From Pecten maximus (Eukaryota): a DNA stretch of 64,000 bases. Below are positions 12,501-25,426 of this stretch, piece after piece. The position numbers were made by a program, and so were the translations under genes. Location of the stretch: positions 44,764,001 to 44,828,000 of the forward strand of contig NC_047015.1 in NCBI RefSeq assembly GCF_902652985.1. The letters run 5' to 3'. Numbering within the stretch: the stretch's first letter is position 1; each line of letters opens with the position of its first letter. The notes under the pieces are model-generated. The model was not told the origin of the DNA, ran no database searches, and saw nothing but the letters and a program-made list of their open reading frames with translations.

Positions 12501-15500
12501 TTCTTGGTGCGACAGGAATCAATGTCTTCTACAACAAGTTCCGACAGTGCAAGGTCCTCTCCGTGTCCAATAAGGTACCAGCATAGTTCTTCTATAGCCT
12601 CCAACAAAAGTCAAAAACTCTTAGCAATATTTCTTCATTAACCAGTTCAGTTCTTCATAACAATGAAATGTTTCTTTGAACCTTTAATGCCATATTTCAA
12701 CTGACCTTCCAATCTTGTGATTGGTCGCAATCTATCCAATCAGATTTAATGGTTTATATCAATAACATATCTTGGTGAAATATTTTATTTATTGTCCCAT
12801 GTATATTTAGATTTTAGATAATAATATTAATGAGGTTGTGATATCTAGTAACAAGAAAGTAAAACCCAAGTATTAACTGACCCACTTCCTGTCTATATAA
12901 CCCATGTTTTCTACTATTTCAGTGTCTCCTCATCTGATCATTCCAGTTCATCATCCCAATCTTATGGGGAAAATTGTGTTCAACAAAATGTATTAATCTC
13001 AAAACTGCAACAAAACAGTATCCACTCGCGTTCAAGTTCTCGAGACTCTGTAGACAGTGTTATAGAAAATAAAAATTACCGAAAGGAAAACAGGACTAAT
13101 GTGAAAACTGAAAAACCAATTAGTGAATCATCTTCTAGTCACAGTGCTAACGAAAGGACTTCATGTAGCCAGAAGGGCAGCAATGATATGACTGTAGATA
13201 TGTATGCAACTTTACCCCGAAAGGGCACACGGCGCAGTCAGAAGGTCTCTGGGTCGTCCAATCCAGAACCAGACTTTGCTAACAAACAAAGGTCTGTGAA
13301 TGGTAGCGGGAATCCTAATGGAAGAACAGCTTCATCTGGATCAATAACGCCAACACCGTCTGATAACTGTTTTGATACAGATTCTAGTCTCACAGACGGA
13401 AATGACTACCATTACAAGATGCAGGTTCCCTCCCAGCAACAGGTCAAGGCAAACCGAGCAGAGATAAGGCAGCTTCCTCACAATAATACTAGTTCAGGTT
13501 CATATCACCCTCAAGGGTACTACCCCCAAGGGTACACATCGTCAAGGCAACAAGATTCCTCATACCCTCAACCCCAGACAGCTCACCCTACACAGCATCA
13601 ACATGAGGTTTGTAAAACAAGTGCGCCCTCTCAGTCAGATAACCCTGTGCTGCCACCAAAGCCAGGGAAGTCCACCAATCTGGTCACACAGCCTGCCAAG
13701 TCCACATCAGACCTCGGCTCACGGGAGGCTAGTCCTCGCCCTGTCGAAGGAATGATGAAATGGGTGAGATCAACATCACATGCAACTCCTCGATCGGTTA
13801 AGAATAAGTCTAAACAAAATAGTGTAGCTCGTCAATCCAGCTTCACAGGCAACGCCCAACAACAGCCTGGACAAGGGCGATCCCACCAGTCAACAGTATC
13901 CCTGGCAACGAAACAGTGCGATGTTCAGCCTCAGCAGCATCTTGTCGACCATTCCTCTCCACATAGTAATCACTCAGGTACTAACCATTTCCCATATGTT
14001 AGCTTTGTGTACTGCCTCCCTCAATATAATGAGCAAGTTCAATCAGAAACTGAAGAAACTATGGTGTAACTATTGAAAATGTAATGCTTATGTATAAAGA
14101 AACAAGAAATTTTAATATACTTTAAATGACTTCATGTTGGTTCAACTAAGACTTCCTTCGGTCAACCACAGCAACTGTCATCTGCTCATTTGAAATCATG
14201 GCGGTGATTGGTTGCTTTTAATCCACTTATGTAATCACATTACATGGAACAGGCTGTCTATAGTAAATAGTTGATGATTGAACTTGCTCACCATAAACCA
14301 GCAATTTAAATTTCTTGTGCATCCTATAGGTTGATGACAGTCTTTTCTAAGCCTGAATCCAGTAATTGTTTCGACATTGTTGTAGCGTAAAGGTCCAAGA
14401 CCAGCAAAATTGAAGAATTGTAGTTCTTTATAAACATCATTTATGAGCAGTTCCTCTTATTTGAATACATTCAAATTTCATTATAGAATCAATGACACTT
14501 ATTTTTATTTGTTCTTCATAAAACTACACTAGACCAAGTTTTCAAAGTTTGAAAAAAATATATAAATAATAAAGAAAGTGGTGAGGTAAAGATTCTAGTT
14601 AGTGGAGTAGTAATTACTTCTGTCAATAAAAATTTGAATTATGAAATCAAAATTAAAAAAAAAAAACTTTATCAACATTGAATCTAGGCCTGGGAATGAT
14701 TGTAGATTTCATTCTATTGAGGTTCAATGATATTATGTCATTGGAAGAATCTTGGAGGTTATATATGAAATCAAGTAATTAAGTAGACAAATTGAGGGAG
14801 ACAGTGCTGGTGCTTTTTATGTCATATATAGGCTGGCTGGTCATGTTTACCCGTTAAATAATTAACAATGATCTATTTACCCGTTAAATAATTAACAATG
14901 ATCTGCCGTATTTACCGGCTCCTTCAGATATGTATTTGGTTCTCGTGTGATAATCCTGTCTAACAGATTAAATCTCGGTAGTTTTAAAAAGCCTCTGGTG
15001 TAAACATTGCCAGCCAGCCACATATACTTTACGAGATATCTATACACATGTATTAAGAAGCTACCCAGGGGCACATCAGCTACATATATATGTTAATGTA
15101 GGAATAACTCTCACCTACAGAAACATCGCTCATAGATCCTGATGGACATTATCTTTTTGTATTTTAGTGAAAACATTTCGGAATATGAACTGGAGGCGTG
15201 TATATAATGTAAACAAGATTAAGTTATAATGAAAATGGTATTAGATCTATACTGCTTAGTCATGAAAGGGAAAACATGTTATGTTAGGAAGTATCAGTAT
15301 ATCTCGCGGGGTAAAAACTTTGGCATTCTTTTCAATTGTTATAAGATCAGCAGTTATATAAATTCATAAATATTTATTTTTCGTATTTAAGTTTCTGTCC
15401 ATTTTTTTATTAACTTTTTATTGATTTTGATTAACACAGATTTGGTTGAAATTCTCACACATTATTTAGTACTCTGGGTAGCTTTACATCGAGTAGAATA

Positions 15501-17623
15501 TATCGGCTAACAGTACCCATGTAGCAGCTGTATCGAGAGATGTAGCATGATTTAAATATATAATGTTCAGAAATTAACTTGCACGCTAGTTTTAAAATTG
15601 GTTGTTAATTGGATTGATACAAGATTAATGTTGATCAGAATGTAGCATGTTATCACAAGAATTGCATTTGAAAACTTTTTAAGTAAGAACAAATTCTCTC
15701 TGTTGTGATTTTAGAAATTTTGTGAAAATAATGCACTTCTTGTGACTGTCTGATACACAGATTTTCCTAAAGTTGAAGGGCTAGCACCTTAGCCTAAATG
15801 TGTGTTTAGCCTGCCTGATTATGCTTCTGTATATGTATATAAATTGACTGCCCTGTACTGAGCTTTACCTGTGTTTCTTTCCCTGTGTGACAGACTGCTC
15901 TAACAATGAGGCACAAAGCGCTGGATTCACCCCTGAACAAGTTCCCTCCACCCTCTCTAACATACCTGTAAGTACAAAATACCACTGAAAACAAAGCACA
16001 CATAGTACTTTAACGAAGGTGAAAATGGAAGTGCTTTGGAAATTGATTAATTTGGCATTACAATAACATTGTCACTGGTTGGTCGTGGTTTCTGGTGACT
16101 GTACTATAGAGTATTTGATGTTGGTCTCGACCCGTTAGTCAGACTAGAACTGACCATGGTCAATGGAATGGCCTTTGTGTTGACCAATATAGTCGCAAAT
16201 TCACTGAGTACAATAAAACCAGTCAATCACTTTTCTTATGAGTCACTTTTAGTTGCTTTATCTACCTGTTGAGTTGGTTGTGAGAACAAGTAACTTCTTT
16301 TTCTTTTCCATCTCCCTGGTTCGTTAACCTGACTACATTGATTAATTCACTAACTTTCATAAAGTCATGGTTCACTGATCAGGAGGCATTGAAGCAGAGT
16401 AAATATGTCTTGGGTGTAATTATCGGAAGAATGACTTAGCACTGTAGACAACAAAGCTAAGGGATATTGCGAGTTTAAGTCAAAAATACGATTAAAATGT
16501 TTGAGGTGGAAAACTGCACTATTATTGTCAAATAAAATCCAAGTTTGAAAAGGTTTATAACATAACAATTACACTTGCTGAAAGGAAGTTTGGGATTTAT
16601 AGCTATTTATGGGAATTGAAGACATCGTTGTTAGTGGTTTAGTTGGTGTGTTATGAGAGCTAGAGAATGAACAGGTAATGTAGCGTAGGTATACACCTGA
16701 AGGTGTGAACAACTATAGAGTAGAGATTATCATCTTTCTGCTTGAAATATGCAGCTTAACTTGCTTCTGAGTAGCTGTTCTCCGATTCATTTCATGTGAG
16801 AAAATTTTTTAGTGTGTGATTTTAATCTTATGTTTATCTTAATGCATACCAAGGTTGTTGGTCATACTTATTGACTCAACTGTTAATCATGTTTGGTTTG
16901 AAATTAAAACTGGAGAAGTTAAAAAAAATCATTGTTAGTATTGGGTTTGAATACTGTAATTGAAACAGAAAGTTTATGTTCTATTTTTGTAATCATTTTC
17001 AGAACCATCAATGTGGAGGACAGTCCGGAGAGAACCGATCAGCAACTCCGCAGCAAATGTGTACAGACAATAACGAGGGTTCCTCCGAGTCTGAGGAGTT
17101 CCGGCCCAGTGTAAGAGACCTTGCCTCTCGGTTCGAAGGCAGCAAGTCAAATGTTCCGTCATGTCCCCACCCCAGGGATCAACAGGACAATTTCCCTCCC
17201 TCTGGGAATTTAGGTCGCCAACGAAGTAAATCTGAATCAGATTTTAGGACTTTGGATGTGAAGCCTAAATCTGTTTTATCGCGGAACAAACAGAAAAATA
17301 AAGCCAATCGAATGAAAAAGTCAGTGACGTTTAACGATAATGTTGCTTTAGTGGATCTGATGGACATCTTTGCTCCACCAGAGGGCGCTCCTGGCTATAA
17401 TGACAATAATTCGGGCTATGTGAGTGACCAGGAAGAGCGCTATGACAGAGCCACTCGGTCTTATTCGGACAACGAACTTGAGGATGATGACAGTGTGGAT
17501 TCCCCAACAGAAATTGCTCCTGGAGAGGTGGCATGTAGTCTTTGTGGTAAACATGGAGCACAGTATGGACAATATTGTGAGAAGTGTCATTTCTACCTAA
17601 GCCAGTTTCAGCAGAGACGTTAA
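566..17623 (+). CDS. USP54: USP54/USP53 (echinus-like) ubiquitin-specific protease, 5'-truncated by the window edge; 14 coding exons, ~1644 aa
   Basis: Exons with GT-AG boundaries and consistent phases: 566-679, 3315-3394, 3772-3877, 4186-4243, 4362-4456, 4588-4749, 7196-7352, 8944-10920, 11667-11801, 12072-12188, 12391-12574, 12923-13977, 15894-15967, 17003-17623. Total 4935 nt, divisible by 3, ending in TAA. Translation gives [10 protein letters not shown]...[25 protein letters not shown], His-box [15 protein letters not shown]...WIYFDDATV and [10 protein letters not shown], typical of USP53/54. YYGKHYSTF and an MIT-like helical segment favour USP54. The 12574 donor and the 15894 mini-exon are less certain. 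Confidence 0.88.
674..2876 (+). repeat. Minisatellite of 41 units (32 x 57 bp, 9 x 42 bp) built on the USP54 exon/intron junction
   Basis: Unit gatcaggtaaataccatctaaacaagtctgaacttcctg[t/c]ga with optional gatggttattcagat. The first unit overlaps the real donor at 679/680. Confidence 0.97.
6340..6690. repeat. ~45-bp intronic minisatellite, ~7-8 copies
   Basis: acacctgtatatgggagattttacctgtataagttcactatattt repeated with substitutions. Confidence 0.9.
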
Positions 17624-18085
17624 TGGTTGGGAATACCCTCGTTGTTACATTGTTATGAGTTTAAGGGGAAACCCCAACAGAGAATGTTGTTGTTGTTTTT
17701 GGAGGACTTTTTTCCTCTGCTACCCACTGCCATTTTCTAGTGCTGCTATATATAGGATGACGTATTGTCACATACAATGACATAAACTGTCTCATCCATT
17801 AAGACTCTTCAGCCAAACTATGTACATAACAATATGTACACTGTATCAACAATCACATCCTTAACAGGGCATTTACACGTGTCTCTAATGAGATGACACG
17901 AGAAGGTTGAACTAGTCACGTTAATGTTTGTTGTTACTGATAGCTTACTTTGTGTAACTATCAGTAAGTATAATAATTGTTTTTGTTTAGAATTGTGTTT
18001 TTAATTCAACAAGTTAAGATTCAATTTATCATGTGAACTAAATTGTTATCAATATCTGTCCAAAACGTTTGAAAACAATTTTGAA

Positions 18086-18316
18086 TACTGTAAACGTACA
18101 TATTTTCGTGGTAATCTTATTTTCACATGAATATCATTCCATTTTTTGGCAATTTTCATACTGAAATCATTTCTCTAAATAATGGTTTTGTTACTTGTAG
18201 TTTCTGTATTTTATAGGACAAGTATTATAGATGTGCCAATCCATTATTGTGCTAATCTGTTTAAATGTTGTTTTGCAATGAAATTTCAGAACGCCAAAAC
18301 TATAGGGTTTACAGTA
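18086..18316. mobile_element. Old Tc1/mariner-like MITE in the USP54 3' UTR
   Basis: Inverted ends tactgtaaac...gtttacagta with TA flanks, and degenerate subterminal tattttcgtg / cgccaaaa. Confidence 0.5.
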
Positions 18317-19077
18317 AAATAAAAAAATAAAATGAAAACATCTATATTGGAAATAGCCACAATTATATTACAATGTATACTCTTGTAAATGTTTTTATTT
18401 TTAAATTATAAAAAATTATCATAATGATGAAAGAATTTTTAACACTGTTGAGCTATAACACTATTTAGTCCCGCCGTGAAAGTGCTGTGTATATAAAGTT
18501 CTAGTGTAATAATGATATTGAACACTGACTGTGATAGCAATGACAAATTATGTAATAGATTTTTATCTTAAGATTCAATTTAAAATCCCAAGCCCGATAT
18601 ATTCCACATCATTATCATTCAAAATACAGATATTGAATTTTAATCAAAATAAGATTTTAAATAAATGAACATTTCAGGATATTTTTAAAAAGTTAATGTT
18701 TTTAATGCTTCAGTTTAATTTTAATATGTCTCTTGTTTATGTATTGCATTTTCCATTCGTAATTATTTGTTGGGTTCTTTTATTACAAATATGTGAAAAT
18801 AATTGTCTAAAACTGCCACTAGTGTCACATATTTTAAGTGTAAATACTTGTACAGTGAAATTGTACAGTTAAGATTGATCTCAATAAATGTTTAATATTT
18901 ATGGCTAATATAGCCATATATGTGTGTGAATTAACATGATTTTATATACTAGTAATTCATCATTTCTGATGAAGTATTATCACTAAATAGCTATGTGTTG
19001 TTCAGTTTTCTCATATGAAGTATAACTTCTTCCTCCATCAATACAAATACATATCATATTTTATAAATACAATGAAA

Positions 19078-19083
19078 AATAAA
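19078..19083 (+). terminator. Candidate polyadenylation signal of USP54
   Basis: AATAAA followed ~25 nt later by a GT-rich tract (tgtctgttgttgttgttgatgtgt). An alternative AATAAA lies at 18883. Confidence 0.45.
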
Positions 19084-19239
19084 TATATAAATCTATTTAA
19101 AACATGTCTGTTGTTGTTGTTGATGTGTAGACTGATATACGTGTACTGTATGTCTATTATTTATCTTCAAATAACATAGGAACAAAAATGAGGAAGAAAG
19201 ACATTTTTGTGAATGACCTGTCCTGGACTGCGATCTACA

Positions 19240-20390
19240 GCTTGCACGATTGAGAAATATCCATGACTTGCCATATTGACAAATATTCCTGTCTTGTCAG
19301 CTTGAGAAATAATCCATGACTGCTGACCAGCTTGAGTAATATTCCTGATTTGCCAGATTGAATGATATCCAGGATTTGCCATATAGAGAAATATCATTGA
19401 CTTGCCAGATTGAGAGATATCCATGATTTGCAAGACTGAGAAATAATCTATGACTTGCCAGATTGAGATATCCATTATATGCCAGATTGGGAGATATTCC
19501 TGACTTGCCAGATTGGGAGATATTCCTGACTTGCCAGATTGAGAGATATTCCTGACTTGCCAGATTGAGATATATTCCTGACTTGCCAGATTGCGAGATA
19601 TCCTTGACTTGCCAGATTGAGATATATTCATGATTTGCCAGATTGGGAGATATTCCTGATTTGCCAGATTGGAGATATTCCTGACTTGCCAGATTGAGAG
19701 ATATCCTTGACTTGCCAGATTGAGAGATATCCTTGACTTGCCAGATTGAGAGATATTCCTGATTTGCCAGATTGGGAGATATTCCTGATTTGCCAGATTG
19801 GAGATATTCCTGACTTGCCATATTGACAAACATCATTGATTTGCCAGATTGAGAGTTATCATTGACTTGCCAGATTGAGAAATATCCTTGACTTGGCAGA
19901 TTGAGAGATACCCTTGACTTGCCAGATTGAGAGATATCCTTGACTTGCCAGATTGTGAGATATTCCTGATTTGCCAGATTGAAAGATATCATTGACTTGC
20001 CAGATTGGGAGATATTCCTGATTTGCCAGATTGAAAGATATTCCTGATTTGCCAGATTGAGAGATATCATTGACTTGCCAAACTGAGAGAAATTCCTGAC
20101 TTGCCAGATTGAGAGATATCCTCGACTTGCCAGATTGAGAGATATCCATTACTTGCCAGATTGGGAGATATTCCTGTTTTGCCAGACTGAGAGATATCCT
20201 TGACTTGCCTGATTGAGAGATATCCTCGACTTGCCAGATTGAGAGATATTCCTGATTTGCCAGATTGGAGATTTTCCTGACTTGCCAGATTGAGAGATAT
20301 CCTTGACTTGCCAGATTGAGAGATATCCTTGACTTGCAAGATTGAAAGAAATCCATTATTTGCCAGATTAATAGATATCCATGACATGAT
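19240..20390. repeat. 26-bp degenerate minisatellite, ~44 copies
   Basis: tgacttgccagattgagagatattcc repeats; source of four overlapping spurious - strand ORFs. Confidence 0.95.
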
Positions 20391-21099
20391 TTTGGGTGAA
20401 GAAATGTCATCTAAAGTGAATATTGTCATTCTGCATGTCAACTGTCAGTTGGACAATTTGGTAAAACTAATCAAAGATCCTTATGAAAGCTATCCTGGAA
20501 ATAGTTAATCCATGCAATATAAAACTTGTCCGGGTCTGCAAGAAGCCCGAGTTTTCTCTGGCCCTGACACCATGTCCGGTGTGGGAGGCCAATTCCAGAT
20601 TTGGTGTTAGGGCTAAAGGAAACTCAAAGGGCTAGGCTGCAAGATTTTAAAAACCTTGTTTAATGAATGGACGTTCGGGGGAACGGATAACTAAATACCA
20701 ATACTTTATATACATGTCCCTTGAGTGATTAGGTATAAATCAGAAAACACTTAAATATAGAATACTGCTTTCTATGTTATAGGGAAACTTGATAAATAGG
20801 TCACGATGGACCTACCCTGTAGCACACCTTAGTCAGCGCATGGCTAAAGGGGAACAACTCTTACATTATTAATTGCTGAAAGAATTGTAATCTAACATAG
20901 GCAATCATAATTAAAATAACGGAATTTACAGGATTAAATTAATGACAGGCAATGCTAATATTCGATAGAGTAACTTACCTGTTAGTAATTTTTAAATTGT
21001 ATAATTCAACTGCAAATCGACCCATCAAGCTTAACATTCACATGGATTTGACAGACTGCATAGTATATACAGAGACTGTATAGTCCATCGTATTTTGTT

Positions 21100-21242
21100 A
21101 CCATGGGATATGCACGCGCACAACTCAATCACCAAAATGCACAAAATTGCGCAGGACATGCGCATCTATTACCCCAGGTTTCGCGGGCGTCTGACGTATG
21201 TAAGCCGGAGACCAGACTGTCGTGTTGTTGTATTCCAACTAG
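21100..21242 (+). promoter_or_regulatory. CpG-rich promoter and non-coding first exon of the H3 variant gene
   Basis: Local CpG enrichment, NRF1-like tgcgcaggacatgcgca and tgacgt. Strong donor AG|GTAAGT at 21242/21243 pairs with acceptor cgcag| at 21708, 18 nt before the ATG. Confidence 0.55.
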
Positions 21243-21726
21243 GTAAGTCGAAGTACCTCACCATCAGATTTAAGACTTTGTGAAAACATTTTGCGTGAAT
21301 ACCAATGTCTGGTTGTTTATGTTAATAAATTTGATGTGTTAGATTAGACAGACCATTTGTGAATACTTTCTCGGTATATTTTAAGTGGTTCGACTAAAAT
21401 GTAACTACAGATGCAAGTTTGTCATTAAAGACAGCAGCTATTGTAAACTTAAGCAATTGATCTTTTTTTTTCAAATAGGCGATATTACCAAATGAGATTC
21501 AATAGTAAAAAGACTCTCAGAAGTTAGTTTACGGGGGGAAATAAAATAATAATTGAAAAATATTCCAGCGTAGACTACAAAGAAATTGGATCAGTATAAC
21601 AATGTTTTTGTTATATTAAATACAGTCGGATATCTGCTGTACTGTTTATGAGAATAAACAATTGTCATTGTCATTTGTCATTGTATAATTTTGTTGTGTG
21701 ACTCGCAGAGTAAACCATTATTTGAT

Positions 21727-24700
21727 ATGGGGAGATCAAAGCAAACTGCCCGGAAATCTACCACAGGAGGAATAGTTTATCGGTCCATGATGCTGAATTC
21801 TCGAAAAACAATTTGCGACGAGGCATCTTTGAAGAAACCTCACCGCTTCCGACCAGGAACTGTAGCTTTGAGAGAAATTCGTATGTACCAGAAAACCACT
21901 GAGCTCCTCATTCGGAAGCTTCCTTTCCAAAGACTGGTCCGGGAGATAGCATTGAAAATCTCGAAGTTCAACTACAAGTTTAAGGTGGCAGCGCTGGCCT
22001 CCTTACAGGTTAGTGGTAATGTTTAAATACGCAAAAAAAAAAAAAAAAAAAACCACCAACAAGCAAAAAAAAAAAAAAAAAACAACCAAAAACCAAAAAC
22101 CAAAAAAAACCAACAACAACAACCTATAAACCTTAATTCTAATTCGACAAATACCGTCCTTTCAGGCAAGTGACGACTTTATTTTAAACATACAATGTGA
22201 TCCGAAGACAAGCGTGCAAGTTTTCCATTAACATGATCCCATCGGCTAACTTAATGACAAGACATTATATAGGTCTACTGATCCATTATGTACGCCGATA
22301 AATATCCACCTATATCATCAATTTAGGAGCGAAACGCAAACCAGACGCCACTTCTTAGCTGGCCATCGCCGCTTTAGTTTTGTTTAGACTGACTGAGGGT
22401 TTCGATATCCTGACATAGCCATTGTGTTTCGTTCATTGTCGTGCGTACGATACGTCCGCTTCTCGTGCGCTTCCCGTGCGCCGTTCGTAAATTTTTCTGT
22501 GCTTTTGCTCAAAATTCCTATAAATGACTCCGAGATGGTCCTCACAAAATGAGGTTATTTTCCGGGTCGGTCCGAAATCAAAGAAGGTCGTCATGGAAAC
22601 CGTCTTGATAAAACATTTTAAACTTCTTCAATGAGACTAGTGCCAATGAACTTTAAATTGGTATAGATGCTAAAGAAAGGAAGCAGACAAAATGTTATTT
22701 ATCTCTCATAGACCTGAGAATTTGTAACTGTATATATATTTGGACTTGCCCTATATAGCTCCTTTTCGGACGTTTTAGTGAAATACACCCCTCGGTGTTC
22801 ATAATAGAGAAAAGAGGAAAGTTCTCCATGACGAAAAAGATCGACCACCACCTTCGTGTCACGATTGGAAAAAAAAATCCGGTAAGCATACAAAATACAT
22901 GTATGCTAATATGATCGCTGAAAAAAAAATCTACAACATATATATATAAATGTTTTTTTCTTTTCAAAACATTACAAAGTTATGTATTATGTCATCTAAA
23001 AATTACGTCATATCGGCGATATGGGAAATCGAGACTAAAAAATACATTGGGGAATCGTGGATTTCGCTACCACTTTTGTTACAAAAAAGGAGAGTTATCC
23101 CCCCTTGTACTAACCACTATACGGGTATCAATGAAACATTGCACGGTAACTCCCGTAATTGTTGTAGGTCATTTGTATGTTCAGACATAACTGGGTATCT
23201 TTTACATATATAAAGCTATCTCTAAATGTAAGTAAAATGTTCATCAGTTGAGAAGTGACAAAAGAAGACCATATATATTTTGTACTAACGTTTTCAATGT
23301 ATGAACTCTTCAGGCGCATAGTGAGCGAATACATTACAGTGAACGTATTATCTATTCAATGGATTCTATTTGTGAACTATATAATGTTATATGTGTTCCT
23401 GCCTTATTTGGTTCCTTGATTGTAAACTAAAATTATTGTATTTTGTAGTACGATAGTATTCATAGTCTTGAGACCATTAGGTGGATCATGACAGTTGTGC
23501 ATCCCATGATTACGCCCGCATAGATATTCAATATCATCAAATATAATAACAGAATCCTAAAAGAGTATATTATTATATTTATGCCAACTAGTTGATTTCA
23601 ATAAATAATCAGTAATTGGTAAAAAAAACGTTAGTATGACAATTTGAGAAAAGTTGACTAGCCGACGAATAAGTCTACACGGGTTAGCCACACGCTGACC
23701 TATGTCTGGTTAACTTGCAGGATTTTTTTGTGTGTAATGTGAAACTTAAAAATTCGGAGACCTTTTCTGAAATTATTTTTTTTGTGAAACAGTTATATCA
23801 TTGTATTGTTGTGTCGTGCAAAGGCTTTTTCTTGTAAAAAGTGAAGAAGCTCAATTGAGACAGTTTATTTGGTTTTACATGAATATAAATAGCCGTTTTT
23901 ATCATGAAAATTATCAATATATATATTGATCATTTGAACAAAAACAAGCATGGTACGACATAGACACCTAATACAATCATATTATAACACACAAAGAAAA
24001 AAAAAAAAAAAAAGTTCTCTCATTCTATAGTTTCTGATTATATACCAATTATAAACTAGGTCATCTAACTCAAATAATTTTATATCGAATTATCTGTTTT
24101 TAATGTTTCTGTAACTATCCCTTAACAAGGATGTCGTATCAAAACATTAGATGAGGGGTTCATCATTGATTACAAACGGTTTGGTTATTCCTCAACTAGT
24201 GTACCGAAGCACCTTGTTTAAGGCCCCCACAATTATCAGGTGATGGAATGATCGAATATACGTCCGTGACCCACGTCCGTCCTTATACAATGCTGTAAAT
24301 AATAAAATAGCGCAAACGAAGGGAGGTAACTCTGGTATACTGGTGTGTCCGTCGTATGACCGAACTCGTTCTCAATTTGAAAAAATAGGATGATGATAAT
24401 CGCAGAATATGTTTAAACATGAAAACAATGTGACAGTTATATGATAGGATCATCGATAACGTCTTCAAACCTGGTGGCCATGATTGTAGGTGTCGCGTTT
24501 ACTAAATACAGTATTAATTACATGAAACTATATCTCACTTACCATTTCAGGTGATTAGAAGTTGTATTACAGTTAAAAATTGAACGTTTATTATGTGTTG
24601 ATATTGCGTCCCTTTGGTATTATACAGGAAGCGTGTGAGGCATTCCTTGTCGGCCTGTTTGAGGACACCAACCTTTGCGCCATCCACGCCAAGAGAGTCA

Positions 24701-24750
24701 CCATTATGCCCAGGGATATCAAGCTAGCACGGCGTATCCGAGGAGACTAG
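21727..24750 (+). CDS. Divergent intron-containing histone H3 variant, 134 aa (exons 21727-22008, 24628-24750)
   Basis: [15 protein letters not shown]...[40 protein letters not shown]...ASLQ|[40 protein letters not shown]. Phase-0 GT-AG intron at LQ|EA and an intact ORF. No histone stem-loop is seen; AATAAA at 25427. Confidence 0.93.
22352..22700 (+). mobile_element. 5' fragment of a Helentron-associated (HINE-like) element in the H3 intron
   Basis: Starts ttcttagctggcc, has cgtgcg/cgtccg microrepeats, then one core unit (gagatggtcct...ttattttccgggtcggtccgaaatc) shared with 25625-26335. Confidence 0.5.
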
Positions 24751-25426
24751 CTACCAAACGACGTTTTTAAGGCTTTATCCAAATGATATTAGTGTTGTAT
24801 ATTCATTTTATTTGTGTTATAAACTTTAAGCTGAAATGTTTTGACAAGTAATTCCATTGGAATGAAAGATGTTGGCGGTTACCTTGGCGAATGTTTAATT
24901 ATAAGATGATTGGTTTCTGTGTGTTTAACTTTGTATTTTTCGTTTTGATTTAGTTTTTTTTGTTGTTGTTGTTGTTTTGTTTGTTTGTTAAAAAGTGTTA
25001 TTGAATCCTTCTGAAACTACATAACATCATTGTGAAATTTCATTTAGTACAGTGTACTTGACGCATTATCATTGGCATTAACGCTTTGGTTTTCACAGTT
25101 CTAATATCAGAAATATCAAAATGTGTACATATGTGTCTGGTCAAAATGTTGGGATAAATTCTCTTGTGTTGCTTTTCATGATATACAGAGGTCAAAGGGA
25201 AATTATACTAAAGGCCCATCAAGACATATTAAAATTCCAAAGTTACTGATGTGCTGTGAAATAGATTTAGACCTTCCTGGTACAATTAAAAAACATTGTG
25301 TGCTTTGTTTTAAAAAGTCATTTTGCTGAAAAATACGATTGCGGTGTTTCCTTGCTTATTCTTTCGGGAAGAAGATCGTTTTTAATGTTATGGTACATCT
25401 CCGACATATTTCAGAATACCAATACC

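Noticed and set aside
19167-20441. Four overlapping minus-strand ORFs of 124-257 aa
   Set aside because: Translations of a 26-bp minisatellite cycling through frames.
21727-24750. Calling the histone CENP-A or H3.3
   Set aside because: It retains the RxKQTARKS tail and Q68/F84/T107, unlike typical CenH3. It lacks S31 and AAIG and is far too divergent for H3.3. No symbol was assigned.
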